Assembly: GCA_963843555.1 (NCBI GenBank)
Contig: CAWJKV010000009.1
Location: 22,750 to 86,749, forward strand
DNA: 64,000 nucleotides
Origin: an uncultured Methanosarcinales archaeon
Lineage (GTDB): Archaea; Halobacteriota; Methanosarcinia; Methanotrichales; Methanotrichaceae
Direction of reading: 5' to 3'
Position 1 is the stretch's first letter; each line of letters starts with the position of its first letter. A program made the translations under genes and the position numbers. The notes beneath the pieces were generated by a model. It saw only the letters and a program-made list of their open reading frames with translations. It was not told the DNA's origin and searched no databases. Shown here piece after piece: positions 45,934 through 56,752 of this stretch.

Positions 45934-46029
45934 CTAGAACAGGCTAGTTAAGAAGTAGAGGGGCACCAAGAATAGTATCACGAAACCTATAACCATCATA
46001 ACAATTGCCAGCCCATTTCCACCTGCCAT
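45934..46029 (-). CDS. 31-aa single-transmembrane small protein
   Basis: GGAGG 6 nt before ATG; MAGGNGLAIVMMVIGFVILFLVPLYFLTSLF; AT-rich TATA-like sequence at ~46072-46085. Confidence 0.6.
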   Translation of the reverse strand: MAGGNGLAIVMMVIGFVILFLVPLYFLTSLF

Positions 46030-46310
46030 GAATATCCTCCTACTACATACGTTGGCTACTGCTTGGAAGAGGTAATATTAATTACTATCGGAACCCCCCG
46101 GCCTCTGATGCCTCCGATAATACTGCGGCTGAACCGCATCTCTGCAGTTTTCTGCTCTGGCTGCAAAGGTTGTTCCATCGATCAATTCCCTGTGCTCTGA
46201 TCTGATCAACGATGAGACTCGACAATCCTTTTGTCGGCTTCAGATCCGATATCAGTGCATGGGTGAACAGGCCAATACATTTAACTATCTTCGCCGGCAA
46301 GATTTCTATT

Positions 46311-47411
46311 GTGCGATCTATACAAAAGAGCCAGACTAAGGCACAGGGGGCAAAGCCGGGGAGAAGAAAGACAATAGGCGCAAGATTTGTGCTCTTGCGA
46401 CCGGCAGGCTACCCCTTGAAGAGCATTTTTCAGGAGCAACCGGTGGTATCCGACCCCAAGCTCTTTGAGCTTTATGCCCAGGAGCAGTGGTACGGAGAGG
46501 CATTAAAGCCTGGTTGTTACCTATTTGACCGCAGGCTCTATCCAGACTTCGCCTTCCAGGTGGTAAAAGTCTACCCCAGGCATTCAGTGGTAGGAACGGA
46601 AACCGCCATCAAGGTGGAACAGAAGGTTGAGCCCAAGAGCAAAGTGAAGTTTGACGTCAGCTTTGATGATGTCATCGGCCAGGAGTCGGCCAAGCGTAAG
46701 GTCAAGATAGTAGAAAAATTCTTGCAGGATCCGGAGAAGTTCGGACGCTGGGCTCCGCGCAACATTCTGTTTTATGGCGTTTCGGGCACAGGAAAGACCA
46801 TGATCGCCAAAGCTCTCTCCGCCGAAGCGGGAGTGCCGATGCTGGCTGTGAAGTCCACCAGCCTGATTGGCGAGTTCGTGGGCGAGGGTGCCCGGCAGAT
46901 TCACAACCTTTACGAGAAGGCGGAGGAGATGGCGCCTTGCATCATCTTCATCGATGAGCTGGACGCCATTGCTCTGGACCGGAGGTATCAGGATCTGAGA
47001 GGCGACGTCTCTGAGATCGTGAACTCGCTGCTTACAGAGATGGACGGAATTTCCAACCGGCTCGGCGTCTGCACCATTGCCGCCACCAACCAGATCGAGG
47101 TTCTGGATGCCTCCGTGCGCTCCAGGTTCGAGGAGGAAATTGAGTTCAAGCTGCCCAATCTCGAAGAGAGAATTAAGCTCTTGGAGAAGAATGCCGTGAC
47201 ATTGCCAATTGCGCTGGAGAACGTCGACCTGCGAGAGATTGCCCGGCAGACGGAAGGCTTCTCGGGACGGGACCTTGTGGAAAAAGTCCTGAAGGCGGCG
47301 CTGCACCACGCCATCATGGAAGAGAGCAGCATCACGCAAAAGCATCTGGAAGAGACCATTCCCAAAGCCCGGAAGGAGTACCGGCAGCCTCCCAAAGAGA
47401 TGTTCTCCTAA
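46311..47411 (+). CDS. Archaeal AAA+ ATPase (probable GTG start 46311)
   Basis: PAGYP N-domain, GVSGTGKT, IFIDELD, RYQDLRGDVSE, SRFEEEIEF. Confidence 0.9.
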   Translation: MRSIQKSQTKAQGAKPGRRKTIGARFVLLRPAGYPLKSIFQEQPVVSDPKLFELYAQEQWYGEALKPGCYLFDRRLYPDFAFQVVKVYPRHSVVGTETAIKVEQKVEPKSKVKFDVSFDDVIGQESAKRKVKIVEKFLQDPEKFGRWAPRNILFYGVSGTGKTMIAKALSAEAGVPMLAVKSTSLIGEFVGEGARQIHNLYEKAEEMAPCIIFIDELDAIALDRRYQDLRGDVSEIVNSLLTEMDGISNRLGVCTIAATNQIEVLDASVRSRFEEEIEFKLPNLEERIKLLEKNAVTLPIALENVDLREIARQTEGFSGRDLVEKVLKAALHHAIMEESSITQKHLEETIPKARKEYRQPPKEMFS

Positions 47412-47455
47412 AGGAAGCCCTTTTGTACTCTTAAGCTAATTAGCTTTGGACGCAT

Positions 47456-47959
47456 ATGTGGCAGGAGATTTTAGACAAGTTCAAGAGGTTCCCGGCTCAG
47501 GAGAAGGTCATCCGCCTCATCCTGCAGAGGGGCTTCCAGATCAACGATAAGGCTCGGGTTGTATCGGGCCAAATCGAGATCCCTCACGCTCAGATTGCCA
47601 GAGAGCTGGATGTGGATCGTAGGGTGGTGGACACCACTGCCCAGGCAATCCGCGAGGATGAAACTCTCTGGAAGGTCTTCAAAAACGTGCATTCCATCAC
47701 ATTTCTCGGAGATGTAGCGCCCATTTTAGGCTTAGGCGTCATCGAGATTACGCCGGTGAATGCCGCGAAAACTGGCCTTTTGGGAGACGTGGCCAGCGCT
47801 GTGGCCGGATTTGGCCTCTCCATCCGCCAGGCCGTATCCGATGACCCATATTTTGCGGAAAGCCCCAAGCTTACTATTATCACGGAGGGCAAGATACCTG
47901 GAGAGCTGGTGGGGCTGCTCACGGAGATCGAGGGCGTGAAAAGGGTGACTGTGTATTAG
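47456..47959 (+). CDS. ACT-domain regulator of amino acid metabolism (COG2150-like)
   Basis: HTH-like IARELDVDRRVV; ACT-like GLSIRQAVSDDP. Confidence 0.8.
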   Translation: MWQEILDKFKRFPAQEKVIRLILQRGFQINDKARVVSGQIEIPHAQIARELDVDRRVVDTTAQAIREDETLWKVFKNVHSITFLGDVAPILGLGVIEITPVNAAKTGLLGDVASAVAGFGLSIRQAVSDDPYFAESPKLTIITEGKIPGELVGLLTEIEGVKRVTVY

Positions 47960-48069
47960 CGAAGGGACTGGCTATACTGCGTCTCCTGGCAGAAATCTCT
48001 GAACTACTTTCTTGGGGTCGGCAATCGATTGACTCGACAATGTGACTTGTGACTTAAGATCTTTCCAAT

Positions 48070-50032
48070 CTAAGAAGCGCTCGTAGACCTGAACAGTGCC
48101 AGCGCCAGTATATTGGCGAAATGCCTCCAACAACCGCCTCTGTTCTGGCAGTAAGAGCTGATCCGCCTTGCTGAGTCCAACGCCCAGGACTCCAACGGTC
48201 ACCTCTTTTGTCCTCATGGGAAGGTAAGAAAATGTCGCCGAAGAAAGAGTCTCGGTGCCGTGTCCTGCGGGCTTGGCATGTTGAAAGACCCATGTTGCTA
48301 CGCCCAGATTTCTCTCGTCAAAGATCATATGTTCGCCTATTTGCGATCGAACCGACAGACGTCCATTTTCATCAGGCAGCAATATCATAACCTCGCATTC
48401 AAAAGCCTCTGCAATCTCTTTGGCAGCATAACGGAGAAGCTCTTCCAGGTTCCCTGCTGCCATCAGGTCACGGCTGAAGGAATAAAGGGCAGAAACAAAA
48501 CGCTCTCTCTGGCGGGCGCTCTCTCCCTGCCACCTGACCTGATCCGCCAGGAAGCTGGTTGCAATTCCTACAATGATGAATACGCCAAACATGGGAAGAT
48601 AGCGAATGTCCTCCACAGCCAGATTAAACTGAGGGGGAACGAATAAGAAATCCAGAGCTATCACGGCCAAAAGCGATGCCACCCAGCCGGAGCGTCTGCC
48701 CCAGGTCATGCCGCTGTAAACTACCGGAAGTAGCAGCACCATTGCGGTGTTGATGAGACCCAGCCAGTGCTGAAATATCCAGCAAAAACCTGCCGTCACA
48801 GCCACGCTCGCAAGGCTGCCATAGAACGGCTGCCAGCTTCCGCCGACTGAGGGCGCGGGACGCGCGTCCTTCTTCTGATCGATCTCCGTGCTGCCTATGA
48901 CCAGCACATGAATCTGTCCGCTCTTGCTTATGACCTCGTTGACCACGGAACCCCGCAGCCACCTGTTCCATAGACTGGAACGCGGCAGGCCGACAATTAT
49001 TAGGGTCACATTGCGCTCTCGGGCAAAGGCAATTATCTCCTCGGCAATATTTCGCCCTATCAATACCTGAACCCGAGCTCCGAGTTCCCTTGCCAGTCTC
49101 AGATTACGTGACAGTTGGTCCTTTGCGGCTTCTGTAGAAGGTGCCTCCCGGGGGGACTCGACATAGACTGCAAACCATTCCGCATCCAGGTCTGCAGCCA
49201 TGCGCTGACCTGTGCGAATCAAGTGTTCAGAGAGTGGACTGGTGCTGATGCATACGAGCAGCCTTGAACCAGCAGGCCATGGCCCAATGATGCCATGCCT
49301 CTCCATGTAGGAGCGCATGTCTTCGTCTACCTTGCGGGCAGCATACCTCAGCGCCATCTCCCGCAGCCCCAGCAGGTTGCCCTTGCGGAAGAAGCGCTGC
49401 ATGGCCTGCTCGGCCTTGGGTGGGAAGTACACCTTCCCATCCCGGAATCGCTGCAGAAGTTCCTCCGGTGGCAGGTCCACAACTTCGATCTCGTCTGCCA
49501 GCTCCACTATCCTGTCCGGCAGGGTCTCGCGAACCTTCACGCCCGTAATCTGATACACGATATCGTTCAGGCTCTCGATGTGCTGGATGTTCAGGGTCGA
49601 GTAAACATTGACCCCAGCCTCCAGCAGCTCTTCGACATCCTGGTACCTTTTATCGTGGCGTGAGCCCGGCGCATTGGTATGAGCCAGCTCGTCCACCAGA
49701 GCGATAGCCGGGTGACGCTCCAAAACCGCGTCCAGGTCCAGCTCTTCCAGTGTGACACCACCATGCTCGATATGGCGGCGGGGAATTACCTCTAAACCCT
49801 CCAAAAGGGCCTCTGTCTCTGGCCGTCCATGAGTCTCGACGACCGCGGCCACTACATCGACGCAGCTCTTCCGGAGAGACTGCGCCTCTTCCAGCATATG
49901 GTAAGTCTTGCCGACGCCTGCCGCAGAGCCGAGGATGATTTTGAGTGCTCCCCTGCCCTGTTTTGCCTCCTGCTCAACGCTCTTCAGCCTCCGCAGTAAG
50001 GCATCGGGACTCGGCCGGCACTCCCTGTCCAT
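48070..50032 (-). CDS. kdpD: KdpD-like sensor (KdpD domain-Usp-4TM-GAF) without histidine kinase domain
   Basis: GSAAGVGKTY, ETHGR, LVDELAHTN, KRYQDVEELL, FFRKGNL..LRE; after correcting a +1 near 48120 it ends ...LEAFANILALALFRSTSAS stop 48070; the next gene converges at 47959. Confidence 0.88.
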
Positions 50033-50619
50033 CAGTGGCCGCTCCTGTTCAGCTCGTCCAGAGCAAGGTTGAGATTGAGCACATTCACCCTCTCCTGGCC
50101 CATTATGCCAAACTGTGCGGGCTCGATATGCTGGTAGACCAGCACTTTTACTTCAGATTCCGGTATGCTTCGGGCAATGGCCACTCGCGGCACCTGAAGC
50201 ATCGCTCCTTCCATGCTTATGTGCGGGTCGAGGCCGCTGCCTGAGGTGAGGACCAGCTCACTGGGCACAGGTGCATTGGGGGAAAGGTTGTTTTCGTCTC
50301 TGACATCTGAAATTCCCTGGCTCGCCTGCTCCATGAGCTTCTTGCTGGTCGGTCCAAAGTTGCTGGCACCCGAGCCATTGCCAGCGTAGTTTACGGCCGA
50401 AGGTCTTCCATGGAAGTAGCCGGGGCTTGAGAAGTTCTGACCGATGAGTTCAGAGCCCACAACTTTGCCCGCCACGACTATCAAGCTCCCGCTCGCCTGC
50501 TCAGGCATGGCAACCTGGATTATGCCCGTCATGAATAAGGGGTAGACAAGGCCCGTGAGCAAAGAGAATGCTATAAAGAGCCGCATTGCAGTCTTTATAT
50601 CTTCTGTAGTCTCCGTCAT
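50032..50619 (-). CDS. kdpC: K+-transporting ATPase subunit C
   Basis: GSELIGQNF, YFHGRPS, SGASNFGP, SGSGLDPHIS, RVNVLNLNLALD. Confidence 0.95.
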   Translation of the reverse strand: MTETTEDIKTAMRLFIAFSLLTGLVYPLFMTGIIQVAMPEQASGSLIVVAGKVVGSELIGQNFSSPGYFHGRPSAVNYAGNGSGASNFGPTSKKLMEQASQGISDVRDENNLSPNAPVPSELVLTSGSGLDPHISMEGAMLQVPRVAIARSIPESEVKVLVYQHIEPAQFGIMGQERVNVLNLNLALDELNRSGH

Positions 50620-50624
50620 TTTCC

Positions 50625-52662
50625 TCACTCCAGATGCAGCATAACTACCAGGACGTCGATCAGCTTGATGCCGATGAAAGGCACAATCAATCCACCGAGC
50701 CCGTAGATAGCCAGATTTCGGCGCAGCAGCAATGTCGCTGTCGTCGGACGGTACTTAACGCCCCGCAATGCCAGGGGAATGAGCAGCGGGATGACGATGG
50801 CGTTAAAGATGACCGCTGAGAGAACTGCGCTGGTAGGCGTGGTTAGCTGCATGATGTTCAGAGTGTTCAGCATGGGATACTGCACTACAAATATGGCAGG
50901 CAATATGGCGAAGTACTTGGCGACATCGTTGGCCATGCTGAAGGTGGTAAGAGCACCGCGGGTGATCAGGATCTGTTTGCCTATCTCCACTATGTCCAGC
51001 AGCTTGGCAGGATTGGAGTCGAGGTCGACCATGTTGGCAGCCTCCCTTGCAGCCTGAGTGCCCGCATTCATGGCCACGGCCACATCGGCCTGGGCCAGAG
51101 CCGGTGCATCATTAGTGCCGTCTCCTATCATCGCCACAAGATGCCCCTCCTTCTGGTATTTTCGAATTGCCTCCAGCTTCACCTCAGGGCGAGCCTGGCC
51201 GATGAAGTCGTCAATTCCAGCTTCAGCGGCGATAGCTGCAGCCGTCATGGGATTATCTCCCGTGATCATGACAGACCTTATGCCCACGTTTCGCAGGTGA
51301 GAGAGACGCTCCTTGATGTTCTCTTTAAGCACATCCTTCAGCCGTATGGCTCCCAATATTCTGGAGCCTTCGGCCACCACCAGAGGGGTGCCACCTTCTT
51401 TGGCGATGCTTTCCACAGCGGTCTTGATGCCGTCCGGCATGATGCCGCCTTCATTCTTAACGTACTCTTCGATGGCGTCATGCGATCCTTTCCGTATCTT
51501 TCGGCTATCCCAGTCTATTCCGCTCATGCGCGTCTCTGCGCTGAAGGGAATGAAAGATGAACCAACCGGTGCCCGAATATCTCTGCCGCGGACGCCCAGA
51601 ATCTCCTTGCAGAGATCCACAATGCTTCGACCCTCAGGCGTCTCATCGGCCAGAGAAGAGAGCATAGCTGCCTCCGCAAGATCTTCTTTGCTAATGCCAT
51701 TCGCGGGAATGAACTCCGTGGCCATTCTGTTGCCAAGGGTAATGGTGCCGGTCTTGTCCATCAGAACGACGTCCACATCTCCTGCAGCCTCAACGGCCCT
51801 GCCGCTCAGAGCAATGACATTGTGCTGGAGAAGCCTATCCATTCCAGCAATGCCGATGGCAGGCAGAAGTCCTCCAATGGTCGTGGGCATCAGACAGACC
51901 AGAAGGGCAACAAGAACCGGCACAGATACCACCATGCCCATATAGCCAGCAAATGCCTCGAGGCTGACAACAACTACCAGGAACAGACCTGTTAGGCCTA
52001 TGAGCAGTATCTCCAGCGCCTGTTCGTTGGGTGTCTTCTGGCGTTTGGCGCTCTCAACCATGCCGATCATCTGATCCAGGAAGGTCTCCCCTGGATCTGC
52101 AGTGATGCGGATCTTTATCTTTCCGGAAAGAACCCTTGTGCCGCCTGTCACTCCGCAGAGGTTTCCTCCAGCCTCCCGGACTACAGGCGCGGATTCACCG
52201 GTTACCGCCGACTCGTCCACCAGGGCTACTCCTTCTGCTACCTCTCCATCGCTGGGGATGATCTCGCCATCTCCCACCAGGACCAGATCCGCCCTTGCGA
52301 AGTACAAGAGCCGTCACCTGCTCTGTTCTGCCATCAGGAAGCAACCTGCTGGCGGAAGCCTCGCTGCGAGCCTGACGCAGGGTCTCGGCCTGGGCTCGAC
52401 CTCTTCCTTCCGCCAATGCCTCGGCAAAGTTGGCAAACAGTATGGTGAACCATAGCCAGATGCTGATTTGCGCGTCGAATCCATAGTCCGATTTAGCGAT
52501 TATATCGTGCAATGTAATCAGGGTCGTCAGTATTGCCCCAATCTCTACCGCGAACATCACCGGATTTCTCCAGAGCCTGCGCGGGTCCAGCTTGGGGATT
52601 GAATCCTTTACAGCCTGCCACACCTGTTCCGACTGCCAGAGGCCCGACATTTTGGTCTTCAT
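50625..52662 (-). CDS. kdpB: K+-transporting ATPase subunit B (frameshift near 52305)
   Basis: [36 protein letters not shown]. Confidence 0.95.
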
Positions 52663-52666
52663 GTAA

Positions 52667-54376
52667 TCACCTCAGAAGGTCACTTCCTGCCTGCAACAGC
52701 AGATTTTCCAGTATCGGCCCGAGAACAAAGACCGGGAAGAAGGTCAAGGCGCCTACTATTAAGACCGTTCCCGCCAGCATTATCACAAAGAGCGGACTGG
52801 CGATAGGCAGGGTAGCAACGCTTGTGGGCACTATCTTTTTCTGTGCCAGAGAACCTGCTATAGCCAGGGCCGGGAGGATAGTGGCAAGCCTTCCTACTAT
52901 CATTCCAAGGGCTGTCGCCAGGTTGTAGAAGACTGTATTCGCATTAAGCCCGGCGAATGCAGATCCATTATTGCCGCAGGCTGATGCGAAGGCATAGAGG
53001 ATCTCTGACAGACCGTGGGGGCCAGCATTATTCAGGCTGGAAAGACCCACTGGAAGCATTATGGCGATTCCGGCCAGAATCAGCACCATCACAGCTGGTG
53101 CCAGCATCCCTATCACCGCCATTATCATCTCAAAAGGTTCAAGTTTCTTGCCGAAGATCTCAGGAGTCCTTCCGATCATCAGCCCGGCCAGGAACATGGT
53201 CATGATGGCATAGAAGAGCATTCCGATGAGGCCGACACCAACCCCTCCGAAGATCACCTCGCCAATGGCCATGTTGAAGAGGAACACGAGTCCCGTCAAA
53301 GGTAACATGCTATCGTGCATGCTATCAACTCCTCCGTCCGAAGTCACGGTGGTGGACTGGGCGAAGAGCACGGATGGTATGATTCCAAATCTCGTTTCCT
53401 TGCCCTCCATGTTAGCGCCTCCGGCTATGCCCAGATTTTCCAGTAGCGGATTTCCCTGGGTCTCAGCCCAGAGTGCCAGACCGAGGCCCATCAGGTAGAG
53501 CAGCAGCATGGCCGCGAATATCGCCCGGCCCTGTTTGGGGTTGTTGATAATGTGCCCAAGTGCGAAGGGAAGCGAGGCTGCTATCAGCAGCATCCCCAGC
53601 ACCTGCAGAAAGTCCGTCAAAGGCGTTGGATTCTCGTAAGGATGGGCTGAATTGGCATTGAAGAAACCTCCTCCATTGGTTCCCAGGAATTTGATGGAGT
53701 CCTGCGAGGCGGTGGGTCCCACTGCGATAGTCTGCACTCCACTGTCAAGGGTTTGGGCGGTGACGTAAGGTCCCAGGGTCTGAACCACACCTTGGGATGC
53801 GAATATCAATGCCCAAATGATTGCTAGAGGAAGCAGAAGATAGAGAACCGATCGGGTGAGGTCGACCCAGAAGTTGCCGATTGTTGCCGTATTCTTGCGA
53901 ACGAAGCAACGGACTACGGCCATAGAAGCAGCTATTCCTGTCGCCGCAGATAGGAAGTTCTGCACAGTCAATCCCAACATCTGAGTCAGATAGCTCATCG
54001 TCTGCTCGCCGCTGTAGGACTGCCAGTTCGTGTTGGTGGCGAAAGAGACCGCTGTGTTCAAGGCAGTATCCCATCTGACGGGACCCAGGGCCTGAGGATT
54101 GAGCGGAAGCAAAAACTGTGCTTCACAAAGCAGAAAGACCGCCAACAATCCCAGCGCATTAAAGATCAAAAGGTTTGCCGCATAGGTCTTCCAGGACATC
54201 TCCCGCAACTCATCCACGCCGCAAATTCTGTAAAGCCTTTGCTCCGCGGGCCGCAGTAGCGGCGAGAGCAGCGTACGATTGCCGCTGAAAACGTTCGCAA
54301 TATATCTTCCAGTAGGCTCTGCAAGTACTATCAAGACAACTAGCAGCAGCGCCACATATGCTAATTCCATTAACAT
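52667..54376 (-). CDS. kdpA: K+-transporting ATPase subunit A
   Basis: TNTNWQSYSGE, LGTNGGGFF, AHPYENP, GRTPE, NNGSAFAGL. Confidence 0.96.
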   Translation of the reverse strand: MLMELAYVALLLVVLIVLAEPTGRYIANVFSGNRTLLSPLLRPAEQRLYRICGVDELREMSWKTYAANLLIFNALGLLAVFLLCEAQFLLPLNPQALGPVRWDTALNTAVSFATNTNWQSYSGEQTMSYLTQMLGLTVQNFLSAATGIAASMAVVRCFVRKNTATIGNFWVDLTRSVLYLLLPLAIIWALIFASQGVVQTLGPYVTAQTLDSGVQTIAVGPTASQDSIKFLGTNGGGFFNANSAHPYENPTPLTDFLQVLGMLLIAASLPFALGHIINNPKQGRAIFAAMLLLYLMGLGLALWAETQGNPLLENLGIAGGANMEGKETRFGIIPSVLFAQSTTVTSDGGVDSMHDSMLPLTGLVFLFNMAIGEVIFGGVGVGLIGMLFYAIMTMFLAGLMIGRTPEIFGKKLEPFEMIMAVIGMLAPAVMVLILAGIAIMLPVGLSSLNNAGPHGLSEILYAFASACGNNGSAFAGLNANTVFYNLATALGMIVGRLATILPALAIAGSLAQKKIVPTSVATLPIASPLFVIMLAGTVLIVGALTFFPVFVLGPILENLLLQAGSDLLR

Positions 54377-55200
54377 TTATATCGCCTTCGAGGGGATAAT
54401 AATCCAAAGTAAATGAGTGGTTTAGTATGATTACTATCGTAGTCTGTTTCGACTATAATAGGATTCTGAATTTATCTGGGACGTCGTCCCGATACAAAAT
54501 GGTTTACAATTGCAGAATATCTGCAAGTCATAACATAGGCATCGCTCTTGCGTAACTTGCCCAATATTGTCGTTGCCCCTTCAGCCGTTGGCAAGCGGGA
54601 GATCGAAGAGGAATCGCCTTTGACCCTACCCTGAAATATCTTCATGCAACATTCCTCTGGAGAAAGTGACGGATTTTTTTTTATTGACTCCAACCATTCT
54701 CCATGAGAGGAAGCGAAATGCCGGCCTCAATATATAAATATATCCCTGCAAACGAAGGAGAAAGGCATACTTTATGTGCGAATTCCAAATCCTCATCATG
54801 GAGAGGATATAAGTGTCAGGCTCTTATCCAGAATTTTGCGTGATGCCAGAATAAGCCGTGAGGAATGGCTCTCTGTAGCGTGAACTACTATCCGGACTGC
54901 ATGAGACATTCTTTAGCAGAGAGATGAATTGCCAGGCATAAATCTGGGGATATTGAGCGGCAAAGCGCTTTCGATAAACAGACAACAGAAAAAGAACGCG
55001 CAAAGGTGATTAACCAATCCGAAAACCACAGTTATAATTTATGAAGCTACAATTATTAACCACAAAGAACAAAGACACGAAGAACAACTATCAAACCAAA
55101 ATTCCGCCACAGACCCAAAGGGGCGGGAGGTACGTCTTTTGCCTTCGTGCCTTTGTGGTGAGCCCCCCGTGAAGACACATAGAAGACCCGAATTAACCTC

Positions 55201-55500
55201 CGTTCGTTCGTCCTCAGCGCGCTCTGCGACTCTGCGGTTCTATTCCGTAACCCAAGAGGTTTAGCTATCAGATTATCCCGCTCCCAGCTTAACCGGGATT
55301 GCACTCCACTCATCTCCGGACCGCGGCAGTTGGCGGACTTGGCGGCAAAGGAGGCTGGCAGACCAGCGCATGGATTTCGGGCGCTACAGGCGGTGAGGTT
55401 GCCATTATTGAAGATGGTAGCACATAGACCGGATCGAAAAGAATAGCTGGCCCAACAGCTGGAAAGGGCGAACATCTCAGTTACGGGATAGTCCGACAAA
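55201..55500. repeat. Spacer repeat copy 1
   Basis: cgttcgttcgtcct...cgtaacccaagagg...cttaaccgggattgcactccactca...gatttcgggcgctacagg...gaaagggcgaacatctc. Confidence 0.9.
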
Positions 55501-55617
55501 GACGCGGCAGCATTTCCGTGCACTGCAAAACATGGTGAACTGGATTGTAAATTTCAAATTGTCGTGAGTTGGGATGAAAAAGTCTATAAGTAAAAAGCGA
55601 TTAAAGTTGCATAGTGG

Positions 55618-55917
55618 TTGACAGTGGGTGAGATTTAAAAGTGGATGTACCCGAGGGTCTGCCTTTAAACAATCTCCGGAAGAAGATCCTTGAGCTCATC
55701 AAAGAGGAAGAGGACAAGTTGTCGTTGCTTGACAGGTCAAACAAGATGAAGGTGTTGAGCAAAAGAGAGCTTGACGAACTAATAGAAACAAAGGAACCGC
55801 TGCAAAAAGAGGAGCGAAAGAAGATCCTAGATAAGTATTATGGAATGCATCAAGCTTGACAGAACTGTAAGCATAGAGGAGATCCTGGATCTGGAGGAAG
55901 ATACCTGGCGATACTGA
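55618..55917 (+). CDS. Putative VapB-type antitoxin, copy 1 (apparent insertions near 55635 and 55846)
   Basis: Near-identical to intact 61134..61430; overlaps the downstream PIN gene. Confidence 0.65.
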
Positions 55918-56341
55918 TAGACACTAATATCATCGTATCTTTTCTATTCCCAACAGATAAATCAGAGAGGGCCAGACGAGATCCTTGAAATGTCGAACGG
56001 TCCGATCATAACCATAAGTATTTTGGAAGAAGCGGCATATGTTGGACTTTCGACTCATCTATGGTTGCCATGGATTTAAGTTGAGAGATCAACTGAAAAG
56101 GGAGCTTAAAGAGACAGCCATGGTCTTTCTTGAGCGGCTAAAATCATTCTTGGTCGAATTCAGGATTAAGCTCTTATCAGTGCCCGAAGACCCAGATCTT
56201 CTTTTGGAAGCAGTTGAGGCTTACAGATTGCTTCCAAATGATGCAGCTATCGTTACTGCCTGCCAATATTACGGGATAAAGAAAATAGCCACGTTTGATA
56301 GCGATTTCAATAGAGTTGCGTCTCTAGATGTGATTCGATAA
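55905..56341 (+). CDS. vapC: PIN-domain (VapC) toxin, copy 1 (CTG start, frameshift near 55977)
   Basis: ILIDTN...EE...LLPNDA...ATFDSDF; paralog of 61418..61852. Confidence 0.8.
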
Positions 56342-56504
56342 CTGCCCTAGGGTTACGATTTTAATCGCAAAGCTAAGAAGTCTTATAATTATAAAGCTAC
56401 GATTATTAACCGCAGAGACGCAGAGTTCGCAGAGACGTGAAATTTATCTTATTACAGCACTTGAAAAGAATAGCATATTTGCTTCTGAGCAATAGTCGTC
56501 TCCG

Positions 56505-56690
56505 TTCGTTCGTCCTCAGCGCGCTCTGCGACTCTGCGGTTCTATTCCGTAACCCAAGAGGTTTGGCTATCAGCTTATCCCGCTCCCAGCTTAACCGGGA
56601 TTGCACTCCACTCATCTCCGGGACCGCGGCCGTTGGCGGGCTTGGCGGCATTGGAGGCCGGGAGAATGCACAAGAATTTTGGGCGCTGAG
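56505..56690. repeat. Spacer repeat copy 2 (shorter variant)
   Basis: Same core at 56590; diverges after gaggccgggaga. Confidence 0.9.
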
Positions 56691-56752
56691 GCATATGCCG
56701 GAGCGAGAGTTGCTGATGCCGGAGAAGGGTGGCGAGATGCAGCTTTCTCATA

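Noticed and set aside
54380..54720. c-di-AMP (ydaO) riboswitch or kdpF upstream of kdpA
   Set aside because: I could not see the riboswitch consensus or a short hydrophobic ORF; the 73-aa ORF 54472..54693 has no supporting features.
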